DNA of 64,000 nt, from the NCBI GenBank assembly GCA_036847185.1, contig DAIUAM010000001.1:68989-132988 (forward strand). The letters are read 5' to 3'. The position numbers and the translations under genes are program-made. This document shows, one piece after another, positions 18,962 to 28,437 of the stretch (its first letter is position 1; each line of letters starts with the position of its first letter). The stretch is from Actinomycetota bacterium (lineage in GTDB: Bacteria > Actinomycetota > UBA4738). The notes beneath the pieces were generated by a model. The model ran no database searches, was not told the DNA's origin, and saw only the letters and a list, made by a program, of their open reading frames with translations.

Positions 18962-19587
18962 GGTCCTCGTTCGACGCCTCGCTCGGGGACCGGAAGGCAG
19001 CGCTGAGGGCGCGGATGCGGGCCGAACGCGATGCGCTCCCCCTGGAGGAGCGGATCCGCCGGGCCGCGCTGGTGGGGGAAGCCCTGTTCGCCGTGCCGGA
19101 GGTGCGGGCCGCGCGGACGGTGCTGGTCTACGCTGCCTTCGGCTCCGAGCTCCCCACCGAAGGGATCGCCGGGCGGCTGGCGGCCGGAGGGGCGCGCGTG
19201 CTGTATCCATACCTGGGCGTCGGCGGGATGGAGGCAGCGGACCTTCGGCCTGGGTCCCGGCTGGTACGGAGCGGCTACGGGCCGGCCGAACCCTCCGACC
19301 GGACCCCGGTCGATCCCGGTGCGATCGACGTCCTGCTCACGCCGGGGCTGGCCTTCGACCGGTTCGGCCATCGCCTCGGCTGGGGCGGGGGACACTTCGA
19401 CCGATTCTTCGGCCGGACGCGGATGGACGCCGCTCGGGTCGGGATCGGGTTCGGCTTCCAGCTGGTCGAGGAGGTGCCCCACGGGCCGGGCGACGAACCG
19501 GTCGACCTGGTGGTGACGGATGGGGAATCGGTCGATCGCCGGGCGGTGCCGGGGCACCGGGGTCGCGACACCCCAGGTGGGCAATAA
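18958..19587 (+). CDS. 5-formyltetrahydrofolate cyclo-ligase
   Basis: MTHFS family motifs VDVLLTPGLAFDRFGHRLGWGGGHFDRFF and ERIRRAALVGEALFA. Confidence 0.8.
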   Translation: MRSSFDASLGDRKAALRARMRAERDALPLEERIRRAALVGEALFAVPEVRAARTVLVYAAFGSELPTEGIAGRLAAGGARVLYPYLGVGGMEAADLRPGSRLVRSGYGPAEPSDRTPVDPGAIDVLLTPGLAFDRFGHRLGWGGGHFDRFFGRTRMDAARVGIGFGFQLVEEVPHGPGDEPVDLVVTDGESVDRRAVPGHRGRDTPGGQ

Positions 19588-19596
19588 TCGGAGCCG

Positions 19597-20457
19597 ATGT
19601 CCCCTCCGGCCTCCCCGTCGCCCGCTCCGCTCCGCCGCCCCACCGCGCCGGTCCGGGTCCTGGCGGTCCGGGACGGCCAGAGCTTCGAACGCCCCGATCG
19701 GCTGGCCGCCGAGGAGCCGATGGAGGTCCGGGTCGGCGGGCCGGGCCAGGAGCCCATGAGCGTGGCCGTCACCATGCGGACCCCCGGCCATGACTTCGAG
19801 CTGGCCGCGGGGTTCCTGTACACCGAAGGCCTGGTGCGGTCGCGCGATGAGATCGTCTCCGTGAACTACTGCGAGCTCCCCGCCGAAGAACAGCAGTACA
19901 ACGTGGTGACCGTTCGGCTGGCTCGGGCCTTCGACCTGGGCACCAACGCTCGGAACTTCTTCGCCAACTCGAGCTGCGGCATCTGCGGAAAGGCATCGTT
20001 GGACCACGTCCGGGTGAGCTGCCCATCGCTGCCGCCGGGACCGGTGGTGGCCGGATCGGTGATCGTCTCCCTCCCCGGCCGGCTCCGCGAGGCGCAGCGG
20101 ATCTTCGAGGAGACCGGCGGACTCCACGCCGGGGGGCTGTTCGAACCGGACGGGACGCCGGCCGCGGTGCGCGAGGACGTGGGACGGCACAACGCGCTGG
20201 ACAAGCTGGTGGGGTGGGCGCTGCTTGGGGACGGGCTGCCGTTGTCCGGCCGGATGCTCCTGGTGTCCGGACGGGTGAGCTTCGAGATCGTCCAGAAGGC
20301 GGCCGTTGCGAGGATCCCACTGATCTGCGCGGTCTCCGCGCCGTCGAGCCTCGCGGTAGCCGCGGCCGAGGAGCTCGGGGTAACCATGGCCGGTTTCGTC
20401 CGGGGCGGATCCTTCAACCTGTACAGCCATCCGGAGCGCGTCGACCTGGGAAGCTAG
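19597..20457 (+). CDS. fdhD: Formate dehydrogenase accessory sulfurtransferase FdhD
   Basis: 286 aa with the FdhD/NarQ signature SSCGICGKASLDHV and GRHNALDKLVGWALL. Confidence 0.9.
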   Translation: MSPPASPSPAPLRRPTAPVRVLAVRDGQSFERPDRLAAEEPMEVRVGGPGQEPMSVAVTMRTPGHDFELAAGFLYTEGLVRSRDEIVSVNYCELPAEEQQYNVVTVRLARAFDLGTNARNFFANSSCGICGKASLDHVRVSCPSLPPGPVVAGSVIVSLPGRLREAQRIFEETGGLHAGGLFEPDGTPAAVREDVGRHNALDKLVGWALLGDGLPLSGRMLLVSGRVSFEIVQKAAVARIPLICAVSAPSSLAVAAAEELGVTMAGFVRGGSFNLYSHPERVDLGS

Positions 20458-20477
20458 GTCGAAGAGGAGGGCGTGCC

Positions 20478-21653
20478 GTGGGCGGCTGGAAGATCGGTCG
20501 GATCGGGGGGGTGGCCGTCTACGTGCACCCCTCGTGGGCTATCATCGCCCTGTTCCTGGGCTTCAGCGAGTGGACCGGGTTCAGCGACCGGTTCGTGTTC
20601 CCGAGCCTCTCCCCGGCCGGCGCGCTGGCCTTGGCGGCGATCACCACGCTGCTGTTCTTCGGGTCGGTCCTGGCCCACGAGCTTGCCCACGCGGAGATGT
20701 CGAGGGCGCGCGGCATCCCCGTGCTCGGGATCACGCTCTTGCTGTTCGGCGGGGTCACCCACTCGACCGAATCTCCCCGGACCCCCAAAGAGGAGTTCCT
20801 GGTGACGGTGGTAGGGCCGGTGACGAACCTGGCCATCGGCGGTGCGCTGCTGGCACTTCACGTCTGGGGAGGTGGGTTCCTCTCCAAGCCGATCCGGGTT
20901 GGGATGGTCGGCTTCCTGGCGGTCGAGAACCTCCTCCTGGGCGGCTTCAACCTCCTCCCCGGCTTCCCGTTGGACGGCGGCCGGGTGCTGCGGGCCCTCG
21001 TCTGGCGGGCGACCGGAGACCAGCGCAAGGCGACCATCGTGGCGGGCAGGGGCGGGCAGGCCGTCGCCCTGCTGATGGTGGCGGCCGGCATCACCTGGAC
21101 GGCCACCACCGGGAACGGGCTGACGCTGATCTGGAGCGTGTTCATCGGCATGTTCATCTTCCAGTCGGCATCGGCGGTGATCGCCGAGAGTCGCCGGCAG
21201 GTGCTGCACGACGCGACCGTGCGCGAGGTCATGTCACCGCCCCCTCCCACGGTCGACGCCGAGCTGCCGCTGGGGGTCGCCATCGACCGGTACCTCCAAG
21301 GGCACGCCGGCGAAGCATTCCCGGTGGTCCGGGGCGATCAGGTGATCGGGTTCGTCTCGCTCCGCACGGCGCAGGGGCTCTCCCCGGACCACCTGGTCCA
21401 GGACGCGATGGTCGGGGGGAATGGGGTGGTCGGAGCGCGACCGGACCAGCGGATGTCCGAGCTGTTCGACCGGTCGACCGACACGCACGACCTGACGGTG
21501 CTGGTCCTCGACCAGGGCCGGCTGGTCGGGGTGATCGAACCGGAGGACGTGACGCGGTACCTGCGCCGGACACAGCTGCTCCCCGGCCCGGGGGCCCCCG
21601 AGGTGCCTCCGCCGCCGGCCCCGCCGAGACCCGATCTTCCCGCCACCGGCTGA
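20478..21653 (+). CDS. Site-2 protease family (M50) zinc metalloprotease with C-terminal CBS pair
   Basis: GTG 20478 is preceded by the RBS gaggagg. The HExxH motif VLAHELAHAEM and LDGG motif (GFPLDGGRVLRAL) are present. CBS domains follow (ATVREVM...VIGFVSLRT, LVGVIEPEDVTRYL). The upstream 88 codons of ORF 20214..21653 were rejected. Confidence 0.85.
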   Translation: MGGWKIGRIGGVAVYVHPSWAIIALFLGFSEWTGFSDRFVFPSLSPAGALALAAITTLLFFGSVLAHELAHAEMSRARGIPVLGITLLLFGGVTHSTESPRTPKEEFLVTVVGPVTNLAIGGALLALHVWGGGFLSKPIRVGMVGFLAVENLLLGGFNLLPGFPLDGGRVLRALVWRATGDQRKATIVAGRGGQAVALLMVAAGITWTATTGNGLTLIWSVFIGMFIFQSASAVIAESRRQVLHDATVREVMSPPPPTVDAELPLGVAIDRYLQGHAGEAFPVVRGDQVIGFVSLRTAQGLSPDHLVQDAMVGGNGVVGARPDQRMSELFDRSTDTHDLTVLVLDQGRLVGVIEPEDVTRYLRRTQLLPGPGAPEVPPPPAPPRPDLPATG

Positions 21654-21677
21654 GGGGCCTGCGCCGGAGTCGAAGCG

Positions 21678-24600
21678 TTACCGCGCTCCCCTCTCGTTCG
21701 CCTCCCGCTTGCCGACGTGGGCCCGGCCTGCCGAGCAGAAGCTGAGGAAGTCGCACCACCGGCACTGGTCGCCGGGCGTCGGGTCGAAACTCCCCGCACC
21801 GATCCCTTCCAGTGCGGCCAGGACCCGCGCGCGCGTCTCGGAGGGGTCGCCGGCCCCCCGCGAGACCTCCTCGCCGTTCGCCAGGTAGAAGTAGGTGAGG
21901 CGGAGCTCTTCAGGCCGCTTGCCGAACACCTCGGTGCAGGCGAGAGCGTAGAGATCGAGCTGCAGCCCGGCCACCGGGTCATCCGATCCCGGTCGCTTCC
22001 CCGTCTTGTAGTCCACGACCTCCCACGGCCCGTCGGGCGTGCCGAAGATCGCGTCGATCCGCCCGTTCACGACGAACCCCCCCAGGAACAGGAGGAAGGG
22101 CCGTTCGGCGAACAGCGGCACCGCCGATCCGAACCGGCTCTCCAGGAAGGAACGCTGCAGCCGGTCAACCTTCCCCGGCTCTCCGGTCAGCTCCTCCGCG
22201 GTCAGGTCGGGCGACTCCTCGAGCTCCAGCAGTGACGCCTGCCCACTCCCCTGGCGTTCGATCCACGCGTGGACCTGCGTGCCGATGCGGGCGGCCGGCC
22301 CGCTGAACCGGGGGAGCGGTCGCACCGTGGTCCAGTAGAAGCGCTTCGGGCAGCCCGAATAGTCGATCAGCCCGCTGACCGAGACCGAGGAGGGAGCCGA
22401 AGGACGGACCGGCCCGGCGGCCTCCCGCTCCGCGAGGTGCAGGGCGAGCGTCCCGCGCTCCGCCGCGGCGGCTTGGTACCGCTCGACATCCTCGGGCGAC
22501 AGGGCCACCGCCCGGGCCGATGCTCGGATGCCTGCGGCGCCGGCCGTCGCGGCTTCGACCGCCGCCTCCCGCCAGCCCTCGGGGAACAGCTCATCGGCTT
22601 CGGCCCGGAGCGCCTGCCCCGGCCACGCCCGGACGAACCGTTCCCGATACTTCACCAGCGGGTTCTCCTCCGAGACGTCCGGCCCCCGGTCCACGGCCGC
22701 CGATCCGCTCTCCTCGCCCCACGCCGCGAGCTCCTCGAAGAACACACTGTCGTCCTTCGGCTTCCCGGTGTCGTCGCCGTACCAGTGGGCGCCGCTCACG
22801 AACAATCGCTTCCGGGCCCGGGTGAGGGCGACGTAGCAGGTCCGGCGCTCTTCGACCAGCGCCTGGTCCCGCAGGGCGTACCAGAACTCACGCAGGTTGC
22901 CCTGGAACGACGGCAGGATGTCCCGGTCCCCGCGAAGCTCGAAGTCGAGCGATCTCCCTTTCTCCGCGGGGTTCTGCTGGACGCGGAAGTCCGGCAGGAT
23001 GTCCTTGGCCATCCCCGGGACGAACACCGCGTCGAACTCCAGCCCCTTCACCTGGTGGATGGTCATGACCTTCACGGAGTCGTCCTCGCTCGGCTGGACC
23101 GGGGACCATTCGGGGCGGTCGGTCGCCTCCACGGCCTCGAGGTAGTCGAGGAACGCCCGGATGGTCAGCTCGCCCTCCAGCGGGGTGAACTCGTGGACCT
23201 CGTCGAGGAAGGCCGCGAGATTCCGCCGGGTGGCCAGCGCCTGCTGGGTGGCCAGGCTCGCGTCCAGTTCGGTCAAGAGCCCGATCCGGCGGATGATCTC
23301 GGCCAGGAACTCCCCCACCGGCCGACGCGCCTCGGCCCGGAGCCCGGCGAGCTCACGGCGGAACTCCTCCAGCCGAACCCGGCCCTCGTCGGAGAGGTAC
23401 GTGACGTCGTCGAGGTGTTCGAGCGCCTCCGCGAACAGGAAGGGAGGGGTCTCCTCTTCGTCCTCTCCGCGCAGGTCGCGGCCCCGGTCGCGGAGGTCGT
23501 AGTTCTTCTCTTTCGCCCAGGCAGCGACCCGTGCCAGGTCCTTGAATCCGACGCGATACCGGGGCCCCAACAGGATCCGGGCCAGCGACACCCCCGCGTA
23601 CGGATCGGCCACCGCCCGGACGTAGGCCAGCACCTCCACCACCTCGGGGAGCTTCAGCAGCCCGGCCAGACCGATGATCTCGACGGGGATGCCGCGTTCC
23701 GCGAACGCCCGCTGGATCGGGACGAACAGGCGGCTCTTCCGGCACAGCACAGCGGACTCCGACCACGGCCCGCCCTCTTCGTGCAGCCGGAGGATCCGGT
23801 CGGCGATGGCGTCGGCTTCGGCCTGCTCGTCGGCGAACCGCCGGACCTCGACCTCGCCGTCGCCGTTCGCCGGCCACGGGACCAGCCTCTTGTCCGGGTC
23901 GGGTCGCTGGCCGGGCGGGAGATCTCGCACGATCCGGTCGGCGGCAGCCAGGATATGCGCGCCCGAGCGGAAGTTCGTGTAGAGGGGCAGCTTGTCCGCT
24001 TCGGACCCATCCCGGCGGCGGAACTCTCCTCGGAACGCGATGAGGTTGAACAGGCTCGCCCCTCGCCACGCGTAGATGTTCTGGTCGGGGTCCCCGACGG
24101 CCGTGACCGGGAAGCCCTCGCCGAACACCAGCTGGATCAGTTGCGCCTGGGCCACGTTCGTGTCCTGGTACTCGTCCAGCACGACCGCCTCGTACCGCTG
24201 CCGGTATTCAGCCCCGACCTCCGGGAAGCGCTCGACGATCTGCAGAGCGAGCGTGATCTGGTCCCCGAAGTCGATCACCCCCAGCTCGCGCTTCAGCCGC
24301 TGGAAGCGTGCTGCGGCCCGGGCCAGCTCGATCCGCTGGAGGATGGCCTCGCGGACGCGGGGCTGCTGTTGATAGGTGCGGTTCTCGGGCGTCTCCACGT
24401 CGGCCAGGCGGGTCTCGTTGAACGCCACGATCTCCCCCGGGACGACGCGGTGGTTCGCGGCCTGGTCGGCGAGCGACAGGATGTTCTCGACCAGCGTCGG
24501 CTGCCACGTGGAGGTGACGTGGTCGAACGTCATCTCGTCCAGGACCCGGGCGCAAAGCTCCACCCGCTGGGCCGAGGTCAGCACGCGCTGGCCGGGCTCG

Positions 24601-25004
24601 ATCCCCACCCGCAGGCCGTGGCGGTCCAGGACCTGGGCAGCGAACCCATGGTAGTTCAGGATGGTTGGCTCCTCGCCCTCGGGAAGCTCCACGGCGGACA
24701 GCGCCCGCCGGATCCGGAGCTGGAGGTTCTCGGTGGCCTTGTTCGTGAAGGTCAGGCACAGCACGCTGCCGGGCAGCACGCCCTCGTGGGGGGCCTGGAG
24801 CCGGCCCAGCGCGACCAACGCGAGGTACACCACCCGGGCGGCGATGACCGACGTCTTCCCCGACCCCGCCCCGGCCACGATCACGTACGGTTCGAGCGGC
24901 ATCGAGATCGCCCTCCACTGGTCGGGCGTGGGTTGGAACCCACCGAGCGCTGCCCGGATCTCCGGCGGGGCCGCGGGGTCGCCGGTCTCGGCCGAACGGC
25001 TCAT
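21678..25004 (-). CDS. adnB: ATP-dependent helicase-nuclease subunit AdnB (UvrD-like SF1 helicase + C-terminal RecB-type nuclease with Fe-S Cys cluster)
   Basis: ATG 25004 (MSRSAETGDP) in an ATGA overlap with the adnA stop. Helicase motifs include Walker A AGAGSGKTSV, DEYQDTN and a QxxR region. The C-terminal PD-(D/E)XK domain ends with the Cys cluster GDQCRWCDFLSFC. ORF 21678..26531 (1617 aa) was split because its upstream part lies antisense to adnA. Confidence 0.85.
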   Translation of the reverse strand: MSRSAETGDPAAPPEIRAALGGFQPTPDQWRAISMPLEPYVIVAGAGSGKTSVIAARVVYLALVALGRLQAPHEGVLPGSVLCLTFTNKATENLQLRIRRALSAVELPEGEEPTILNYHGFAAQVLDRHGLRVGIEPGQRVLTSAQRVELCARVLDEMTFDHVTSTWQPTLVENILSLADQAANHRVVPGEIVAFNETRLADVETPENRTYQQQPRVREAILQRIELARAAARFQRLKRELGVIDFGDQITLALQIVERFPEVGAEYRQRYEAVVLDEYQDTNVAQAQLIQLVFGEGFPVTAVGDPDQNIYAWRGASLFNLIAFRGEFRRRDGSEADKLPLYTNFRSGAHILAAADRIVRDLPPGQRPDPDKRLVPWPANGDGEVEVRRFADEQAEADAIADRILRLHEEGGPWSESAVLCRKSRLFVPIQRAFAERGIPVEIIGLAGLLKLPEVVEVLAYVRAVADPYAGVSLARILLGPRYRVGFKDLARVAAWAKEKNYDLRDRGRDLRGEDEEETPPFLFAEALEHLDDVTYLSDEGRVRLEEFRRELAGLRAEARRPVGEFLAEIIRRIGLLTELDASLATQQALATRRNLAAFLDEVHEFTPLEGELTIRAFLDYLEAVEATDRPEWSPVQPSEDDSVKVMTIHQVKGLEFDAVFVPGMAKDILPDFRVQQNPAEKGRSLDFELRGDRDILPSFQGNLREFWYALRDQALVEERRTCYVALTRARKRLFVSGAHWYGDDTGKPKDDSVFFEELAAWGEESGSAAVDRGPDVSEENPLVKYRERFVRAWPGQALRAEADELFPEGWREAAVEAATAGAAGIRASARAVALSPEDVERYQAAAAERGTLALHLAEREAAGPVRPSAPSSVSVSGLIDYSGCPKRFYWTTVRPLPRFSGPAARIGTQVHAWIERQGSGQASLLELEESPDLTAEELTGEPGKVDRLQRSFLESRFGSAVPLFAERPFLLFLGGFVVNGRIDAIFGTPDGPWEVVDYKTGKRPGSDDPVAGLQLDLYALACTEVFGKRPEELRLTYFYLANGEEVSRGAGDPSETRARVLAALEGIGAGSFDPTPGDQCRWCDFLSFCSAGRAHVGKREANERGAR

Positions 25005-27925
25005 CTCGGGCCCTCCGCGATCGGGAACAGCTCGCCGCCTTCGGGGAACAGTGGACACAGCGTCTTGAAGCGGCAGAACCAGCAGTTCGCCGCGGGGCTC
25101 GGCCGGTAGCTCTCGCTCTCCAGCAGCTCGCCGAGACGCCCGATCAGTCCGCCGAGACGCTCGGTCATCAGCTGCTCGTACTCCCCCCGGACCCTGTCCG
25201 TGATCGGGAGCTGGGCGACGGCGAACGGCGCGGCAGCGGCCTGGTTCCGCTTCGGCGGATCCCGGAGGTACGCGAGCTCGACCGCCTTCACCGGGCGAAA
25301 GGCGGCGAGCTCTTCGGCCCGGTTCACCGCCAGGTAGTACATGCCGAGCTGGAGGTTCTCCTCGGGCTTCAGGACGTCCGCTGCCCGCCCGGTCTTGTAG
25401 TCGGTGATCAGCGTGCCGCCCCCGGCCCGGCCGATCCGGTCGATGTAGCCCGTCACCGTCGCGCCGTCGGATTCGAATTGGAACCGGACCTCGACGGCGA
25501 GGGCCTCCGCGGAGCCGTAGTGCCGGAACCAGTCCGGGAGCATCTTGCCGACCACCAGGCGGCGGAACGCGTCGGAAACCGCGTGAGAGGGGAACTCCTG
25601 CTCCCGCCACCGGTGCTCGGCCGCGGCGACCAGGGCCTCCGTGGTGCGTTCGACCAGCCCGTTCTCGCAGTCCTCGATGATGCGGTGCACGAGGTGGCCG
25701 ACCCACGCGTGGTAGCCGGCCCGGTCCTCCAATCCCAACTCCTCCCCGAGCACGTATTGCAGCTCGCAGTTCTCGAGCGTGCTGAGCTTCGAATACGAGG
25801 TTCGGACCTGTTCGTGGAGCGGCCGGTCCGACGCCGTCCAGTCGCGCTGGAACCACCACCCGCGGGGATCGATGGGGAGGCTCACCAGACCCGTGAGCGC
25901 GGCCAGGCGGTCCCAGGCGGGCGCTCCCGCGTCGGCCAGCCTCCGCCGCCAGGCGGCCGCGGCCTCGGCCACCGACAGGGGGTCCGGGAACGGGCCGGCC
26001 GGAGCGGTACGCCAGTGTATGCCGAGCTCGGCAACGAACCTCGATCGCGCGGCGAGCCCCGCATCCTCGCCGTGCGGATCGCTGGCCATGAGCAGGACCC
26101 GCCGGCGGGCCCGCCCGAGCACCACGTCGAACAACCGGCGTTCGTCCTTCAGCCGCAGCCGGTTGCGTTCGGACTGGCTGGTCCGTCCCTGCAGCATGGC
26201 CAGGTCGAACAGCGGCTCGGGGCGGGACAGGCTGGGGAAGTTCCCCTCCATCGCTCCGGCTACGATCACCGTGTCGAACTCGAGCCCGGCGGTGGCGTGG
26301 GCGGTGAGGACTCGTACCGCGTCGGCCTCGCTCGCACCCTCGCCGGCGAGGCCCGGCCCCTCTTCTCCCGCTTCGAGCAGGTCGAGGAACGAACCCACCG
26401 ACCGGTCCGAGCCCTCGTCGGCGCGCGAGACGGAGTCCGCGAACGTGAGGACCGCCGCCAGCGACCGGCGGGCCTCCTGGGAGACATCCGCGGCCTGGAC
26501 CAGACGCCGGGAGTAGGGAAGCTCGCGCCACAGCGTCGCGAACGCGTCGAGGGCCGAACGGCCGGCGACGGCCTCCGACGCGGCGAGGACCTCCCGCAGC
26601 GAGGCGAGACCGGCCGCCTCACCGGCGTCGAGCCCCTCATCCTGGAACACCGCGCGCCACGGAGGGTCGCCGGCCGCCCTCGCCGCCCGGACCAGCCCAC
26701 GAGCCGCGGCTGGCGAGAGGCGAGCCAGTTCCGACGTCAGGACCGATTCGACCAGTCCGTCTCGTTCGGCCGGCCGGGCCAGCCACCGAAGGGCCAGGAG
26801 ATACGGGAACGTGGCCGGCTCACCCAGGAGCGACAGGCCACCCTCTGGGGTGACCCGGGGAACACCGGCGTCGTCGAGCGCCCGCACGAGGCCACCGAGG
26901 TGCGAACCCTGCCGGCGGACCACCACCGCCATGTTCCTCCACGCGACCCCGTCCTCGATGTGGACCCGACGCAGTTCCCGGGCGATGGCGGCGTGCTCCT
27001 CGGACGTGTGCGCCGTGGACCATGCCTCGACCGTCGCCCCCTGAGGGCTCCGGTGCCGGGTCCGGAGCTCGACGTGGCCCGCATTGGGCAGGTGCTCGAC
27101 GAACGCCCGCAACGGCTCGTCGGTGGTGCCCTGGAACGAGTAGACGTGGGAACCGAGGTCGCCGGCGACCACCAGCGTCTCCCCCATTGAGTGCACGATC
27201 AGCGACTCCTCGGAGAACGTGGCCTCCTGGTAGTCGTCGACCAGCAGGTGGTCGAACAGCGGCTCAGCACGCCCGGCCGCCGCGGCCGCCTGTACGACGA
27301 GTCCGGCGAAGTCGACCGCACCGAGCTCGCCGAGCACGTCCAGGTACCGCCGGTAGAACTCGGCCAGCTCCAGCCATCCCGAGGTGCCGCTCCGGCCGGC
27401 ACGCGACGCGAGCTGCGCTGGATCCACCAGCGACTCCTGGGCGCGGAGCACGAACTGGCGGACCCCGTCGGCGAACCCACGAAGCCGGAGCATCCCGGCG
27501 AACGCCGGCCATTCGACCGGATCCTCTCCCTGCAGGAGCTCCCGGACCCGGGCGAACTGGTCGAAGGCGGTCAGGACCTCGGGCGGGCGCTCGTATCCCA
27601 GGGCGTCGAACCGCAGGGAGAGCGTGTGGTAGGCCAGCGCATGGACCGTCATCACCCGCACGTCGGGGAGCGCACGGCGAAGCCGGTCCAGGATGGCCGC
27701 CCGGGACATCCGCCGGGCGGACTTCGTTCGGACCACCAAGCCGACCCGCTCGGGGTCCGCGCCCCCCTCGACAAGCCGGGCGAAGCGCTCCCTGAGCACG
27801 ACAGTCTTGCCGGTGCCGGCTGCCCCGCTGACCAGCAGCGGACCTCGTTCGTGCTCGAGCACCAGGCGCTGACCTTCGTCGGGCACGAAGGCGGGGACGG
27901 TGTCGAGCTCCTCGATGGTGGTCAC
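25001..27925 (-). CDS. adnA: ATP-dependent helicase-nuclease subunit AdnA
   Basis: 974 aa with a GTG start (VTTIEELD). Walker A VSGAAGTGKT is present. The C-terminal nuclease domain has the Cys motif CWFCRFKTLCP. It sits in head-to-tail tandem with adnB, as in mycobacterial adnAB. Confidence 0.85.
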   Translation of the reverse strand: MTTIEELDTVPAFVPDEGQRLVLEHERGPLLVSGAAGTGKTVVLRERFARLVEGGADPERVGLVVRTKSARRMSRAAILDRLRRALPDVRVMTVHALAYHTLSLRFDALGYERPPEVLTAFDQFARVRELLQGEDPVEWPAFAGMLRLRGFADGVRQFVLRAQESLVDPAQLASRAGRSGTSGWLELAEFYRRYLDVLGELGAVDFAGLVVQAAAAAGRAEPLFDHLLVDDYQEATFSEESLIVHSMGETLVVAGDLGSHVYSFQGTTDEPLRAFVEHLPNAGHVELRTRHRSPQGATVEAWSTAHTSEEHAAIARELRRVHIEDGVAWRNMAVVVRRQGSHLGGLVRALDDAGVPRVTPEGGLSLLGEPATFPYLLALRWLARPAERDGLVESVLTSELARLSPAAARGLVRAARAAGDPPWRAVFQDEGLDAGEAAGLASLREVLAASEAVAGRSALDAFATLWRELPYSRRLVQAADVSQEARRSLAAVLTFADSVSRADEGSDRSVGSFLDLLEAGEEGPGLAGEGASEADAVRVLTAHATAGLEFDTVIVAGAMEGNFPSLSRPEPLFDLAMLQGRTSQSERNRLRLKDERRLFDVVLGRARRRVLLMASDPHGEDAGLAARSRFVAELGIHWRTAPAGPFPDPLSVAEAAAAWRRRLADAGAPAWDRLAALTGLVSLPIDPRGWWFQRDWTASDRPLHEQVRTSYSKLSTLENCELQYVLGEELGLEDRAGYHAWVGHLVHRIIEDCENGLVERTTEALVAAAEHRWREQEFPSHAVSDAFRRLVVGKMLPDWFRHYGSAEALAVEVRFQFESDGATVTGYIDRIGRAGGGTLITDYKTGRAADVLKPEENLQLGMYYLAVNRAEELAAFRPVKAVELAYLRDPPKRNQAAAAPFAVAQLPITDRVRGEYEQLMTERLGGLIGRLGELLESESYRPSPAANCWFCRFKTLCPLFPEGGELFPIAEGPR

Positions 27926-27968
27926 GGGCGCATGCTACTCCCGAGGTACGACACCCCGGATGCCCAGG

Positions 27969-28376
27969 TCAACGGGCCGTTTCGCCGGCCTCCCGCTCGA
28001 TGGGCCCGGCCTGGGACGCGTTCACCCGGTGCGCGACCTGATCGGCGAACGTCCGGTACGCCCCAGCCGGATCCCACCCCATGGTTCCCTCCTCCTCAGC
28101 CACGAACCGGACCTCGAGGACTTCGTCCCGGGCTCGGGTCTGCGCAGCGGAGCGGAACCACTGGAGGCTCCCGGGCGGCAGGACCAGCGGCCCGGACGTA
28201 CCGAAGGAACGCTGGGAGGGATCGTCGACCACGATCGGGGCGGAGTGGAAGATGCGAGCAAGCGCGGCGCGCCCCCGGTCATCGGTCGCCCCTGTCAGGA
28301 GCCCGCGTTCGGTCCACCGGGCCCAGGCGACCGGTTCGTCACCATCTTCCTTGCGATAGAACTCGGCGCGCACGTC
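27969..28376 (-). CDS. Hypothetical protein (about 135 aa, acidic, no recognised domain)
   Basis: The coherent, non-repetitive sequence runs FYRKEDGDEPVAWARWTERGLLTGATDDRGRAALARIFHSAPIVVDDPSQRSFG...FVAEEEGTMGWDPAGAYRTF. The Val codon near 28376 is an assumed start. The upstream part of ORF 27969..28520 overlaps the next gene. Confidence 0.35.
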   Translation of the reverse strand, partial: DVRAEFYRKEDGDEPVAWARWTERGLLTGATDDRGRAALARIFHSAPIVVDDPSQRSFGTSGPLVLPPGSLQWFRSAAQTRARDEVLEVRFVAEEEGTMGWDPAGAYRTFADQVAHRVNASQAGPIEREAGETAR

Positions 28377-28437
28377 CTCTTCCCCTTGCCTCCTCTCGCG
28401 ACCGTCATCCCCTCGCTCAGGGACTCGGCCCTCGCCC

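Noticed and set aside
22269-25109. 946-aa plus-strand ORF
   Set aside because: Antisense to adnB. Arg/Pro/Gly/Asp-rich low-complexity translation with no motifs. A high-GC artefact.
21678-26531. 1617-aa ORF suggesting a single giant helicase
   Set aside because: Its first ~500 codons lie antisense-offset to the adnA coding region and read as Arg/Gly/Pro-rich junk. The real adnB starts at ATG 25004, overlapping the adnA stop.
25478-27190. 570-aa plus-strand ORF
   Set aside because: Antisense to adnA. The composition is artefactual (RGRPxRR-type runs).
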